Under the pieces are notes generated by a model, which was given only the letters and a program-made list of their open reading frames with translations, was not told where the DNA came from and ran no database searches. Below are positions 7,406 through 17,100 of a stretch of DNA of 36,423 nucleotides, piece by piece; within the stretch, counting starts at the first letter, position 1; each line of letters opens with the position of its first letter. Source of the DNA: an uncultured Eubacteriales bacterium (GTDB taxonomy: Bacteria > Bacillota > Clostridia > Oscillospirales > Acutalibacteraceae); NCBI GenBank assembly GCA_900321195.1, contig ONVG01000001.1, positions 1 to 36,423 of the forward strand. The letters run 5' to 3'. The position numbers and the translations under genes were made by a program.

Positions 7406-7431
7406 TGCCGGTGGTGGGGCTCGAACCCACC
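7406..7431 (-). other. tRNA 3'-end fragment (T-arm plus 3' acceptor strand), candidate att core
   Basis: Minus strand reads GGTGGGTTCGAGCCCCACCACCGGCA: T-stem GTGGG/CCCAC, T-loop TTCGAGC, acceptor strand CACCGGC, discriminator A. No D-arm or anticodon arm upstream. Confidence 0.6.
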
Positions 7432-7496
7432 AAAAAACTTTTAAAAGCCTATTATTTCAAGTGTTTTAGAATTATCATATGGAATTTCATTTGGAA

Positions 7497-8708
7497 TTAC
7501 TTCTTCCCTTCCACAATAAACGCATCCATGAAGCCTGCCTTTTTGACTGCTTCAAGATAAGCGTCCGCATTCTTTTTCTCTGCGAATGCCCCGACCTGCA
7601 CACGGTAGATCGTGTTTGAAACCGACTGTGTTGTTGTCTTTGAAGCCGTCGAAGCTGCCCAGTTCGGACGGAAGAAGCTGTGTACACTGCCGTCACTAAG
7701 ATACCTCGTGCACCTTGCAAAAGTTGAAGTTCCCGCCCAGTTGCTGCCGCTGCCCTGAACATTGCCTTCAAGCGTAGTGATGGTGTTTCCGCTGACTTTT
7801 TCAACAATGCCGATGTGAGAGCATGAATACTTGTCCTGAGTCGGGCATCCGTCATACTTGAAGAAAATCAGGTCACCCGGCTGCGGAGTCTTACTTCCTT
7901 TAGCAAACCATGTTCCCGTCTTGCCGTCACCATAGCGGGCAGGGTAAGGCGCGACCCCATACACTTCCGGCTGATACTTCGGAATGAATCCGCAGTCCTT
8001 CATGATCGCAGACACGGCATAGCAGCACCAGTCATAAACTGCGCCAAGTTTAAGCTTAGTCTGGCAAACATAATAGCCATTCTTTCCGATATAGGAACGA
8101 GCCGTTTCAAGGAATTTATCCCTGTCGCTGACTGTAGTTGCTGCCTTTGCAGTACTTGAAGTTGTGCTTGCAGACGTGCCGGGTGCTTTGTATGTGACCC
8201 CGAAAGCCTGACACACACCTTTTGCAAAGGCTTCGCCGACTGTTGACGTATTTTCTATTAACCACTTTGCAATTGTGGGATTGTCATGGAAGTCAACCTC
8301 AGTGTATACAGCAATTGCATTTGTGTTACAAAGTTCGGATAAATCGGGGTATTCTCTGACACCATACTCCGTTTTACCGGGCGTAACTGCCTGAACTGCC
8401 TTGTATATAGGGTTTGCATACTTCATGTTTTCAGAAGCCTTGCTGTAAACCATGCACATTGTACCCGAACCGCCGCCGGCGTTTGTATGTATCGGCATAT
8501 GCAGATCAGAACCCCAATTGTTAGATTCTGCAATAGACTTGCTCATATCCTGCCCCTTTGGAGCTTTTTTGACGGTAAATCCGCAGCGTTCAAGGGCTGT
8601 TTTTGCTGCGTCTGCAATTCTGTTGCACTGCTCCATTTCACTTGTGTTGCCGTAAGCGTACTTGTTTCCGCTTTGATTTGACGGTGATAAATAAATTTTT
8701 TTGGACAT
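7497..8708 (-). CDS. three-module endolysin: N-acetylmuramoyl-L-alanine amidase, NlpC/P60-CHAP-like peptidase, SPOR domain
   Basis: KIYLSPSNQ...HMPIHTNAGGGSGT (amidase); DWCCYAVS...SCSHIGIV (Cys-His peptidase); IYRVQVGAFAEKKNADAYL (SPOR). Start refined to the ATG at 8708, which has an AAAGGA RBS. Confidence 0.8.
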   Translation of the reverse strand: MSKKIYLSPSNQSGNKYAYGNTSEMEQCNRIADAAKTALERCGFTVKKAPKGQDMSKSIAESNNWGSDLHMPIHTNAGGGSGTMCMVYSKASENMKYANPIYKAVQAVTPGKTEYGVREYPDLSELCNTNAIAVYTEVDFHDNPTIAKWLIENTSTVGEAFAKGVCQAFGVTYKAPGTSASTTSSTAKAATTVSDRDKFLETARSYIGKNGYYVCQTKLKLGAVYDWCCYAVSAIMKDCGFIPKYQPEVYGVAPYPARYGDGKTGTWFAKGSKTPQPGDLIFFKYDGCPTQDKYSCSHIGIVEKVSGNTITTLEGNVQGSGSNWAGTSTFARCTRYLSDGSVHSFFRPNWAASTASKTTTQSVSNTIYRVQVGAFAEKKNADAYLEAVKKAGFMDAFIVEGKK

Positions 8709-8713
8709 ATTGA

Positions 8714-9157
8714 TCAATCCTTTCTTTCTGCTGATGTTTTCAGCCTGCCTATAATTTTCTTCAAAAACTCAGGTATCGGCACACCAAGCCGCCCCAGATT
8801 TTCAAGTATGGATATCATCTCATTTATGATGAGCCAGACCGCAACGAGCAGCCCGAACCACATATTGTAACCGACTTCGATATTAGCTGCCACAATTCCA
8901 CTATAGATAAGATAATCCACTCCCATAGCAACAGCAATTAGTGCCATATACCCGACTTTTTTCACAATGCCCTTTGCGCCGACCTTGCTTGACAGCGTTC
9001 CCTCGCTCCATGCCGCCGACATACCGCTGAGGTAGTCAATTATCATCATTACCATAAGTACAATGATAGGCACAGCAAGCGCACCTAAATATGACGCAAA
9101 AGCCGCCAGCGCAGCGGAGATAATTGCCTGAATCCCAATGCTTTCAACCTTATCCAT
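8714..9157 (-). CDS. holin
   Basis: 147-aa protein with several TM segments immediately upstream of the endolysin. IDYLSG...KGIVKKVGY resembles TcdE/phage holin_4-type holins. Confidence 0.7.
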   Translation of the reverse strand: MDKVESIGIQAIISAALAAFASYLGALAVPIIVLMVMMIIDYLSGMSAAWSEGTLSSKVGAKGIVKKVGYMALIAVAMGVDYLIYSGIVAANIEVGYNMWFGLLVAVWLIINEMISILENLGRLGVPIPEFLKKIIGRLKTSAERKD

Positions 9158-9160
9158 CTT

Positions 9161-9910
9161 TCACACCTCCATCAATGTGTTATTGTTGACCGCATAATAC
9201 ACCTTGTCGCCAACAGGATAAAACATATCACCTGTGATTGTTGAAGTATCAAAAGACTGGGCTATTGCTCCGTCCTTAATACCGTTCTGTACAATAATCT
9301 TATTTTCTATAACATCTATCTCTGTTATATCCGACTTAGCTATATACGGCAGCCGTGACGGTGCTGTAAATGCCTGTTCACCGCTGATGTTAAACATTTG
9401 AGTATCAAGTGCAAAATTACGAGTAGTTGAAACTGCGTTAGTGTCGTATCCGGTGCAGCCGAAAATGGCACCACCGTTTGACGTTCTCGAATAAAAAAAG
9501 TTCATGTCAAAATTAGTGCTTTCAACTTCTGCCCCGCCCACTATAGGGAACATTCTGTCTCCTCTGAGTGTCAAGGCAAAACTATTGTTATTCAATGCTG
9601 CTTTAATGCCACAAACATAACCATAATCTTTTCCCAAACCGGAGCAGACTCTGAAACGTCCTGAAAACAGTGGTGTATTTTCATAAGTCATTGCTGATAC
9701 ATTAACAAATTGCTTAAAATTTTCATTACCCGACATTACTATCTTAAATTTGTTGTCAATGCTGAGTGCGTTTGTTCCTGATATTGCTGTTACAAAGCCG
9801 CCAAGTTCAAGTATTTTTCCTTTTATAAGATTAGCAAAACCGTGTAATGCTTCTATGGTGCTTGTGCCGTCTTTATCCTTTTTTTTGAGTTGTATATGAA
9901 TATAGCTCAA
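9161..9910 (-). CDS. hypothetical tail-associated protein
   Basis: 249-aa ORF between the fibre genes and the holin. Confidence 0.45.
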   Translation of the reverse strand: MSYIHIQLKKKDKDGTSTIEALHGFANLIKGKILELGGFVTAISGTNALSIDNKFKIVMSGNENFKQFVNVSAMTYENTPLFSGRFRVCSGLGKDYGYVCGIKAALNNNSFALTLRGDRMFPIVGGAEVESTNFDMNFFYSRTSNGGAIFGCTGYDTNAVSTTRNFALDTQMFNISGEQAFTAPSRLPYIAKSDITEIDVIENKIIVQNGIKDGAIAQSFDTSTITGDMFYPVGDKVYYAVNNNTLMEV

Positions 9911-9912
9911 TA

Positions 9913-10167
9913 TTATACCCCCTCTGGTTGCTCGATCGGTGATTCATCAACCACAACATAGACATTAGCTGACTCGATATCCCCTACTTCCATAATAAAA
10001 GGAGAGATATACACAAAATGATACCCACCGCTAATCGGTGTTGGCGGTGTTGGTTGACTACCGCCTGACCTGTGTATCACACCTGAGATCGTCCGTGTTT
10101 TCGCTATTGTCCCTGAGATCGTTTTCATCGGAACTATATCCGCTCTGATCGTCTGCATATTCATCAT
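9913..10167 (-). CDS. hypothetical protein (probable start at ATG 10158)
   Basis: GAAGGGAG RBS upstream. Overlaps the acidic C-terminus of the upstream ORF by about 100 nt. Confidence 0.4.
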   Translation of the reverse strand: MMNMQTIRADIVPMKTISGTIAKTRTISGVIHRSGGSQPTPPTPISGGYHFVYISPFIMEVGDIESANVYVVVDESPIEQPEGV

Positions 10168-11524
10168 CTCCCTTCAACTGTTCCGAAACGTCAAAACTTG
10201 GCTCCCCCTCCGGGGAAGCTGTCAGCGCAGCTGACTGATGGGGCTCATCCGCCCCGTTTTCACTGCCAGACAGCAGCACATCCAACTCGTTTTCGCTGCC
10301 AAACATCAGCGAATCTGATATCTGCCGTGACAGTAAAACCGGCTGCGCGCTTACAGCTTTTATCTTTCCCATAACTTCAACCTTTGACGGTTGCACCTCT
10401 GTTCCGATTGACAGAATATTTGTTCCTGCGATTATCGGGAGTGTAGGGAGCGTTACGTCGAGGTCTGTGTTTTCAATGTAGGGTTCGTAAGTATCATCTT
10501 CGATATTTGCCGTACGAATCATGGGGTAGAATGTTAAGTTATTCACTGTTACTCCCACCGGAATAATTATCTGAGGCCTAGCTATCCCAGTGCCCAATGC
10601 TGGAAATGCTGCACCATGCCCAATATCATAGACCCAAGAGGATCCATTGTAACATTGTATAGCATAACTTCTAAACATTGCACCTCCCTCGGGGCATCCA
10701 CTTACAATATACCCTCTACCTATTTCCAATGATATACCCGACTGATTAAACTCAAATATAATATCCGACGTTCCCCTGTTCGTACCGTTACAGGTTACAC
10801 TTTTATCTACATTTACAGTAAATGTAACACCAGTAACCGTTTTAGAAGTTGCAACTACTGGAAGCAGATTTTTCCTAACTTTGTGCATTTTCTGTTCCCT
10901 ATAGTCTATATGCTCTGCTTCATCGCCTACCATTTTGATTTGTTCAGGGAGGTAGAGGTTAGTGGTTGTTGGGGCGTGGTATGGTTCGTATTCTGTAGCT
11001 GACTGTGATAACTCGACCTGTATCGTTGTACTATCGTCCCATGCTGTGTTACTTTCATTGCGAAACGCTAAAGATACATAACTGTCATTAGCAAGTGTAA
11101 ATGTATATTCCTGAGTGTATTTACTTCCTATAGGATTAGATCTATAAATATCTGAGGTTATATAGCGAATAATAAGCACGGGAACACTACAGCTGAATGT
11201 GTATGTACCGGCAGATAACAGTAACTTAAAAGATTTGTAGTTTCCGGTCGCTCCGCCTATTGATGTCATTGTGGAATCAGTGTAATATCCGCTGAAAAGC
11301 GTCCCGTCAAATTTATTTTTTCCGGCAATCGTCACCGGAATAACATACTTTCCGCTGTTCTCGTCATAATCACCGACGCCCCCGGCAGCGCCGTAGAACC
11401 GGTAATTTTTCAGCGCCGATCCATCCGACTTGAATATCAGCGGCGGCACACCCGAAACAGTTTTTCTCCCGCCGTCCTCAAGCAGCATCAGCAGCCGTTT
11501 AGTTCTGTTGTTCATCTTACTCAC
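10058..11524 (-). CDS. putative tail fibre / receptor-binding protein
   Basis: 488-aa beta-rich ORF in the distal tail module with an acidic, low-complexity C-terminal tail. Confidence 0.5.
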   Translation of the reverse strand: MSKMNNRTKRLLMLLEDGGRKTVSGVPPLIFKSDGSALKNYRFYGAAGGVGDYDENSGKYVIPVTIAGKNKFDGTLFSGYYTDSTMTSIGGATGNYKSFKLLLSAGTYTFSCSVPVLIIRYITSDIYRSNPIGSKYTQEYTFTLANDSYVSLAFRNESNTAWDDSTTIQVELSQSATEYEPYHAPTTTNLYLPEQIKMVGDEAEHIDYREQKMHKVRKNLLPVVATSKTVTGVTFTVNVDKSVTCNGTNRGTSDIIFEFNQSGISLEIGRGYIVSGCPEGGAMFRSYAIQCYNGSSWVYDIGHGAAFPALGTGIARPQIIIPVGVTVNNLTFYPMIRTANIEDDTYEPYIENTDLDVTLPTLPIIAGTNILSIGTEVQPSKVEVMGKIKAVSAQPVLLSRQISDSLMFGSENELDVLLSGSENGADEPHQSAALTASPEGEPSFDVSEQLKGDDEYADDQSGYSSDENDLRDNSENTDDLRCDTQVRR

Positions 11525-11816
11525 CCTCTACAAACTCGTACCAACTGTCAGAACTTTCCTCATACATATAAGCCTTAGCCGCCCCGCCTGTTTTCCAGTC
11601 AGCAACAAATGCCACAGTTCCGGAAACGACGGTGAATACCTGCCCATCCGCAAGCTTACCGCTGCACGCAGATTTTGTAAGATCGGAATTAAGCTTTGAG
11701 ATATCCGCCGCAAGCAAAGCAAAATCCCCGCCTGCTCCGAGCCTGATCGACCCGAGATCAGGCTCCTGCCCCTCTTTGAATCTCATGTTGGTGTTTTCAT
11801 TGATAACAAAATTCAT
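11517..11816 (-). CDS. hypothetical tail-module protein
   Basis: 99-aa ORF with overlap coupling to its neighbours. Confidence 0.45.
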   Translation of the reverse strand: MNFVINENTNMRFKEGQEPDLGSIRLGAGGDFALLAADISKLNSDLTKSACSGKLADGQVFTVVSGTVAFVADWKTGGAAKAYMYEESSDSWYEFVEGE

Positions 11817-11827
11817 AAATATACCTC

Positions 11828-12148
11828 CTATACACTTCGTTTAACGAATAGCCTTTCTGTTTCTATAAGATCGTAGATACCGCCGTCGGTGGTCACATAG
11901 TAAATTCCGTATGCGTACTCACCCTCGCTGAGTACCGCTGTTTCCGATGCTTGTAAATTCAGAACATATCCGCTTTGACCTTCGTCCCATTCCAGGTCTT
12001 TTGAAATGAGCACATTCCCGAACTCGCCCGATCTTACAGCGAAAACAACGTCAGTGATACTCCCGTCAGGAGTATACGCAGTCCCGTCAGGATTTACAGG
12101 CTTGATCAGAAAATCTGCATTTCTGTTTTGCATTAAAACGAGTTCCAT
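11828..12148 (-). CDS. hypothetical tail-module protein
   Basis: 106-aa ORF inside the tail module. Confidence 0.45.
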   Translation of the reverse strand: MELVLMQNRNADFLIKPVNPDGTAYTPDGSITDVVFAVRSGEFGNVLISKDLEWDEGQSGYVLNLQASETAVLSEGEYAYGIYYVTTDGGIYDLIETERLFVKRSV

Positions 12149-12161
12149 TTTCCCGCTCTCC

Positions 12162-13286
12162 TTATCCGTTAGATTTCAGCGTTCCCGCTCTGAGATTGTT
12201 GATTATCCTGTCAATAGGCTTTTTCCTCGCCTTCCCGTCTTTAGCAACAGTGATCTTTACCGCTGTTCCGGACGGCATAAAATTCATCTGCGCTCCGACG
12301 ATCCGCCCATGATAGAAGTTGCGCAGAGCGTCATCTTTCACACTGACAATATCCCCGATATTGTAAAGTACACCATATCTCCTGCTGTCCGGCTCTATTG
12401 CATACTCATCCGTCTGGACATTGTCCCTGATCTCATACAGCGCATATTTGGAAAGATCAGAAACCGTCGGCACATCCACTTCAACCGCCGATTCGCGCCG
12501 AAGCAAACCCGACGGGATATTACTGCTGTCCCTGTAAACTGCCACTGTTGCTCCTGCCCCCGTAGCCCATACAGCATTGATCTCATTGGAGCAGTCATAA
12601 TTGAAGCTCAGAGCTTTGACGTTCCTTTTTGACGCGCCTAATATCACCGGAGAATTGACTCTTTGAGTAATCGACCTGTCTGTACCTTCAATCAGTCTGA
12701 ATTTCAGCTGTGCAGCATTTCCGCTGTAGCCGGCAGTTATCCTGTACCCTATCCCTGCGCTTTCGCAAAGCTCATTGACAATATCGCTTAAAGGCTGTAA
12801 TTTGGCAAGATAACTGTCACTTGTAAGACCCACAACACCATTCTCATCAAAAACCATAGGCATTTTTCTTGACCCGCTTGCTTCAATCATGTTGCTGTCA
12901 AGATAATGTTTGATGCATTCCCAGGTTGCGCCGCTCACCGGATCATAATCCTGAGTAGCCCCGTTAATGTATGTACTTATCCTGAGCGTAAGCAGATAGT
13001 TAAGATCATATCCCGTTATCTCAATAGTTTTAGTGTCGAAGGCGATCGACTGAATGATGAACCAGTCCGCCGAACTTCCCGAACTGCCGTTTCTGCATAC
13101 TTCCACAAGATAATTAAGCTTCAATACCTCAAGCCACCTTGCAGAATAGGGCAAAACAAGACTGAAAGCCCCGTAACCTATGTATTTGATATCATATTCA
13201 AGGGATGATATCAACATAGTTCCCCCGAGATAACATTGTTTCCATGTTTTGACTCCGTCGGGAGTCGAATAAAACTGTATTTTCAT
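12162..13286 (-). CDS. tail-associated / baseplate protein (Tal or Gp37-like position)
   Basis: 374-aa ORF directly after the distal tail protein gene. Confidence 0.5.
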   Translation of the reverse strand: MKIQFYSTPDGVKTWKQCYLGGTMLISSLEYDIKYIGYGAFSLVLPYSARWLEVLKLNYLVEVCRNGSSGSSADWFIIQSIAFDTKTIEITGYDLNYLLTLRISTYINGATQDYDPVSGATWECIKHYLDSNMIEASGSRKMPMVFDENGVVGLTSDSYLAKLQPLSDIVNELCESAGIGYRITAGYSGNAAQLKFRLIEGTDRSITQRVNSPVILGASKRNVKALSFNYDCSNEINAVWATGAGATVAVYRDSSNIPSGLLRRESAVEVDVPTVSDLSKYALYEIRDNVQTDEYAIEPDSRRYGVLYNIGDIVSVKDDALRNFYHGRIVGAQMNFMPSGTAVKITVAKDGKARKKPIDRIINNLRAGTLKSNG

Positions 13287-13295
13287 ACCTTCACC

Positions 13296-14045
13296 TCAGA
13301 AAAACGACCTTGCAAGCTCATGCCATCTGATAACAGGCACACTCCCCGAGATCAGTATCTCATTGTCTCCGTAATTCATCACCATATCTTCTATCGGGTA
13401 GGTAGCAATATCTATAATGTCGTAGACACTGTTTCCGTCCGAATCAATAACTGTCAGATCTTCGGTGTTGATGGTTATTGCCTTGCTGTGAGTATTTGAT
13501 ATTGTCATCTGCGCCCCGTTGATTTGCAGCATGCCGCTGTCCCCTGCCTGATACGTTATCTTCACAGGCGTTCTGTTTATGGTTTTGGAACGTATGACAG
13601 ATGTGCCGATACCGCCGTCAAACGACCTTTCCTGCCCCCTGCGCCAGTAGGGATACGGCGCATAGAAATCAATGTCGAAACTCCAGAGATAGTCTATATC
13701 CTTATCCCTGACAAATACAGGGGCTTCCTGCGGACGGCAGTCCATCGTGTATTCATCATTTTCTGTGTAGATAGTAAGAACTCCCCATAGAAGCGGCTCA
13801 AATACAGCTGCTATCCTGTCCCGCTGAACGGCTGTACCAATATCTACAAAAGTGAACTCTGCCGGAATCACCCTGCTTCTTGACCTGAGATCAGTAACGA
13901 CCGACCCGGGAACACCTACAAGACTGCTTTCATCCTGATCCACAGCCGACCCCGACGCATCGATCTTAGACATATAAAGCGGACCCGCCCGGGTAAACTC
14001 AAGCCGCCCAATTTCATTTTCATACATCCCCGTCTTAATAAACAC
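13296..14045 (-). CDS. distal tail protein (Dit-like), start refined
   Basis: Lies immediately after the tape measure gene. AAAGGGGTG RBS 8 nt ahead of the GTG at 14045; the ORF-track start lies inside the heptamer array. Confidence 0.55.
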   Translation of the reverse strand: MFIKTGMYENEIGRLEFTRAGPLYMSKIDASGSAVDQDESSLVGVPGSVVTDLRSRSRVIPAEFTFVDIGTAVQRDRIAAVFEPLLWGVLTIYTENDEYTMDCRPQEAPVFVRDKDIDYLWSFDIDFYAPYPYWRRGQERSFDGGIGTSVIRSKTINRTPVKITYQAGDSGMLQINGAQMTISNTHSKAITINTEDLTVIDSDGNSVYDIIDIATYPIEDMVMNYGDNEILISGSVPVIRWHELARSFF

Positions 14046-14066
14046 CTGTAACACCCCTTTATTTAA

Positions 14067-14101
14067 CACTATTCATTATTCACTATTCATTATTCATTAT
14101 T
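14067..14101. repeat. heptamer array (CAYTATT)x5 abutting the tape measure stop codon
   Basis: Units read CACTATT CATTATT CACTATT CATTATT CATTATT. The last unit overlaps the TAA stop. Confidence 0.9.
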
Positions 14102-17100
14102 TACAGGCTGACTATTGCTTTAAGGAACTGCTGAGCCTGTTTTTGTGTCAGAGCCGACCCTCTGACAGCTTCAAAGTTCTGAGTAACGTTGTTATTGTTA
14201 ATGATCTGCTGCGTTGACAGAGTCCCGCTTGCTTTTGCGAGAAGGTAGGAAAAGTTTTCAAGCGTAGTATTAAGGTTTTTCATAGCGGCAGTATTTTTGT
14301 CTATCTCATCATTAGCCTTGTTCTGGATATCAAGCTTTTTCTGTTCCATCCTTCTCTGGTAGTCGGCTTCTGCCTGTTCGTTAAGTATCTCCTGCCGCCG
14401 CTGTTCAAGCGAAAGCCTGCTGGTCTCATTGTCGTCGTGCATATATTTGAGCTGTAGGTTAATAGCGTCCAGCTCTTTTTTCCTGCTGTCGTCTTCCTGC
14501 TTCTGCCTTCGCTTCTCAAGCTGTTCGTCTATCTCTTTGACCTGCCTGTCAGCACCCGCTTTTATAGCGTCATTCAGATCATTGAGCTTTTCGACCTGCC
14601 CGTTAATCAGTTTTGTATACGCTGCCAACGCATACTCCTGCGCTTTTTTAGCGTTTTCGTTCTGTTTTTGCAGCTGTGCGTCCGCTAACTTGTCTGTAAG
14701 GTTCTTGAGCTTGAGCCTGATGCTGTAGGATTCGTCAGCGGTAAGCTGTTCCTGACGGAGTATCTTTTCATACTCGGCTTTAAGCTCATTGTCGTTTATT
14801 TTGCCTATCTGATGAACACGCTCAACAAGACTTAAACGTGCGGCGGCACTGGTGTCTCCCGTGCCGATTTCGTCCATCCAGCCCCATGTCCACTGCACGC
14901 TGTCGTTTCCTGCGCTTGTCTGAGTCGGATTGTAGTTGTTGTTGGTGTTATCGTTTCCGCCGTAATTGTTTACGCCGAAGTTTTTCAGTGACTCAATGGC
15001 TTTGTTGTAGGCGTCGATCTTATCCGTACCGTTGTTGAACTCGCCGTTAAGCTCTGCAAGCTGATCTTTTGCATTGCCGGTAAGAGTTATAAGGGTCTTG
15101 TAGCTGTCCATTGACGTCAGCTTTAAATTTTTCAGAACCCGGAGATAGTTTTCGTAAGTCCTTATCTGATCCCTCAGTTTATCCATGAGTTTTTCTCTTT
15201 TGTTGTTTTCTTCTTGTACTGCGTCCCGCGCACTTTCAAGAGTCAACCGAAGCTCATCTTTTTTGAGGTTAAAAAGCTTTTCAACTATTTCTTTCTGAGC
15301 TTCAAGACTTCCGTTAGCGTTTATTATATCCGCCGCATATTCGGGATATTTTTCGGCAAGCTGTAAAAGCGCGTCAATACTCAGCTGCTGACCGTCACTC
15401 AGAGACTTGTACGTATTTGCAAGACTGTTCATCTCGCTCCTGACGCTTGCGGACTGCTTTGCGATATCAGAAAGCTTTTCACTGAGTGTCTGAGCATCCC
15501 ACGCTGCAGTTTTATACTCAGCCTGCGCAGACTTAACGTCTTCTTTAAGCCCTACCTGTTCGGTCCTGAGCTGCGCCAGCTTTTCTTTGGCTTCTTCAAG
15601 CTGCTGACCTTTAATTATAGCGTCCTCGTCTGTTATATCAGGCTTGTTGAGTTCCTTTCTCAGTCTTTCGATTTCATCCTGAGTATTTTTGATCTCGGTC
15701 CTGTTATCCTCAAGAGCCTTGTTTGCGTTTGTCAGCCTTTCTTGTAAATAATCTGCCGCCTCTCCCGTATCACGGAAAAGTTCATAAAAGCCTTTCAGGT
15801 CATACCCCTCTTCACCGTTCAGCATCTTATCAGCATACGCTTGAACATCATCCACAGCGTCCCCGACTTCTTCGATCTTGCCCTTGACTCCGTCCAAAGC
15901 TGCGCCTGATGAATTAGTAGCCGCCTTTGCGTTTTCCGTATATGTAACAGCTTCGTCAATTTTTCCGCTGTAATAGTCAACTGCCTTTGCAGCATCAATA
16001 GCAGCGTTTTTCAGTGCCGTAACTTCTTCTACAACATCCTTGGTGTCATAGTTGTATTCGTTGCGGTTGAGGTTTCCTTTTTCATCGTACAGATCCGGAT
16101 ATTTTTCCCGAACTTCCTGAAGCTTCATTCGGTAAGCTTCTTCCGCCTTCAGCTGAGTTTCATACGCAGATGTCAGTCCTGCCTTTGCCGCTTCCATCTG
16201 AGCTTCAAGCTTCATCATTTCGACGGTCTCTTTTATCTTGTCTGCTAAACTCTGATACTCCCCCGCCGTATTCTTGACTTCGTCTGCTTCAAGTCCCAGC
16301 TTGCTTTGCAGTGTATCAGCGATTGAAGCTAATCTGTTCTTTTCCTCACTTGTAAGGTCTGCTTTAACTCTGAGCTTTTCATATTCAGCTCCTAAAGACT
16401 GTATGTATATAACTTCACTTTCAGCGGAAGCAGCACTCGCAGCAGACGCTTCCGAAGCGGTTTTTAACGCTTCGTTCACTTTCTCTGTTGCATCAGCTGA
16501 GTTTCTTGCAGCAATTGAATACGCCGTTAATCCGGTAGTCAATGCTCCGAAAAGTCCTATAACTACACCTACCGGATTGGAATTCATAGCGGTATTAAGA
16601 GCGATCTGACTTGCTGTTTCTTTGTCCGTTGCCATCTTCAGTGCAGACACAGCCGAGCATAAACTGTTAATAAGGGATCCAATAGATAAACCTATTTTGT
16701 ACCCCGCCAACGCACCTGCCGCCCCTGCGACTGCTTCTTTGTGCTTAACGACCCACATAACAAGATTTTTGAGATCCTCTGCGCCCTTACGGATGGTAAC
16801 CCCCCATGACTTCATAACGGTTTCAAGCTCTCCCGACTGCGCCATAGCGTTGACCTCGTCAAGCAGATCGTCAGCCACTTCAAGAAGTCCTTCCACAGCA
16901 GGGGTCATCTGAGAAGCCGTCAGCCGCTGTAAAGAATTGCTTTTAGAGATAAGACTGTCTATTTCGTCGTTGAATTTGTTAAGTCCGTCAAGCTGATCCT
17001 GAGATAGTATAAGCCCTGCCTTTTCCGCTTCATCGCCGATAGCCTTGAGCGCATCCGCGCCGCCCATGATAAGCGGGTTAAGCTGCTGAGCGGATTTGCC

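Larger units (their letters stand above)
7258..7498. other. attP-like region with arm-type repeats
   Basis: Four copies of TTCATWTGGAAT-like sites in two tandem pairs (7258-7281 and 7474-7498) flank a tRNA 3'-end fragment. Region lies between int and the lysis genes. Confidence 0.6.

Noticed and set aside
7406-7431. A complete tRNA gene
   Set aside because: Only the T-arm and 3' acceptor strand are present. The upstream sequence (AAAAGTTTTTT) cannot form anticodon or D arms. It is interpreted as the att core copy.
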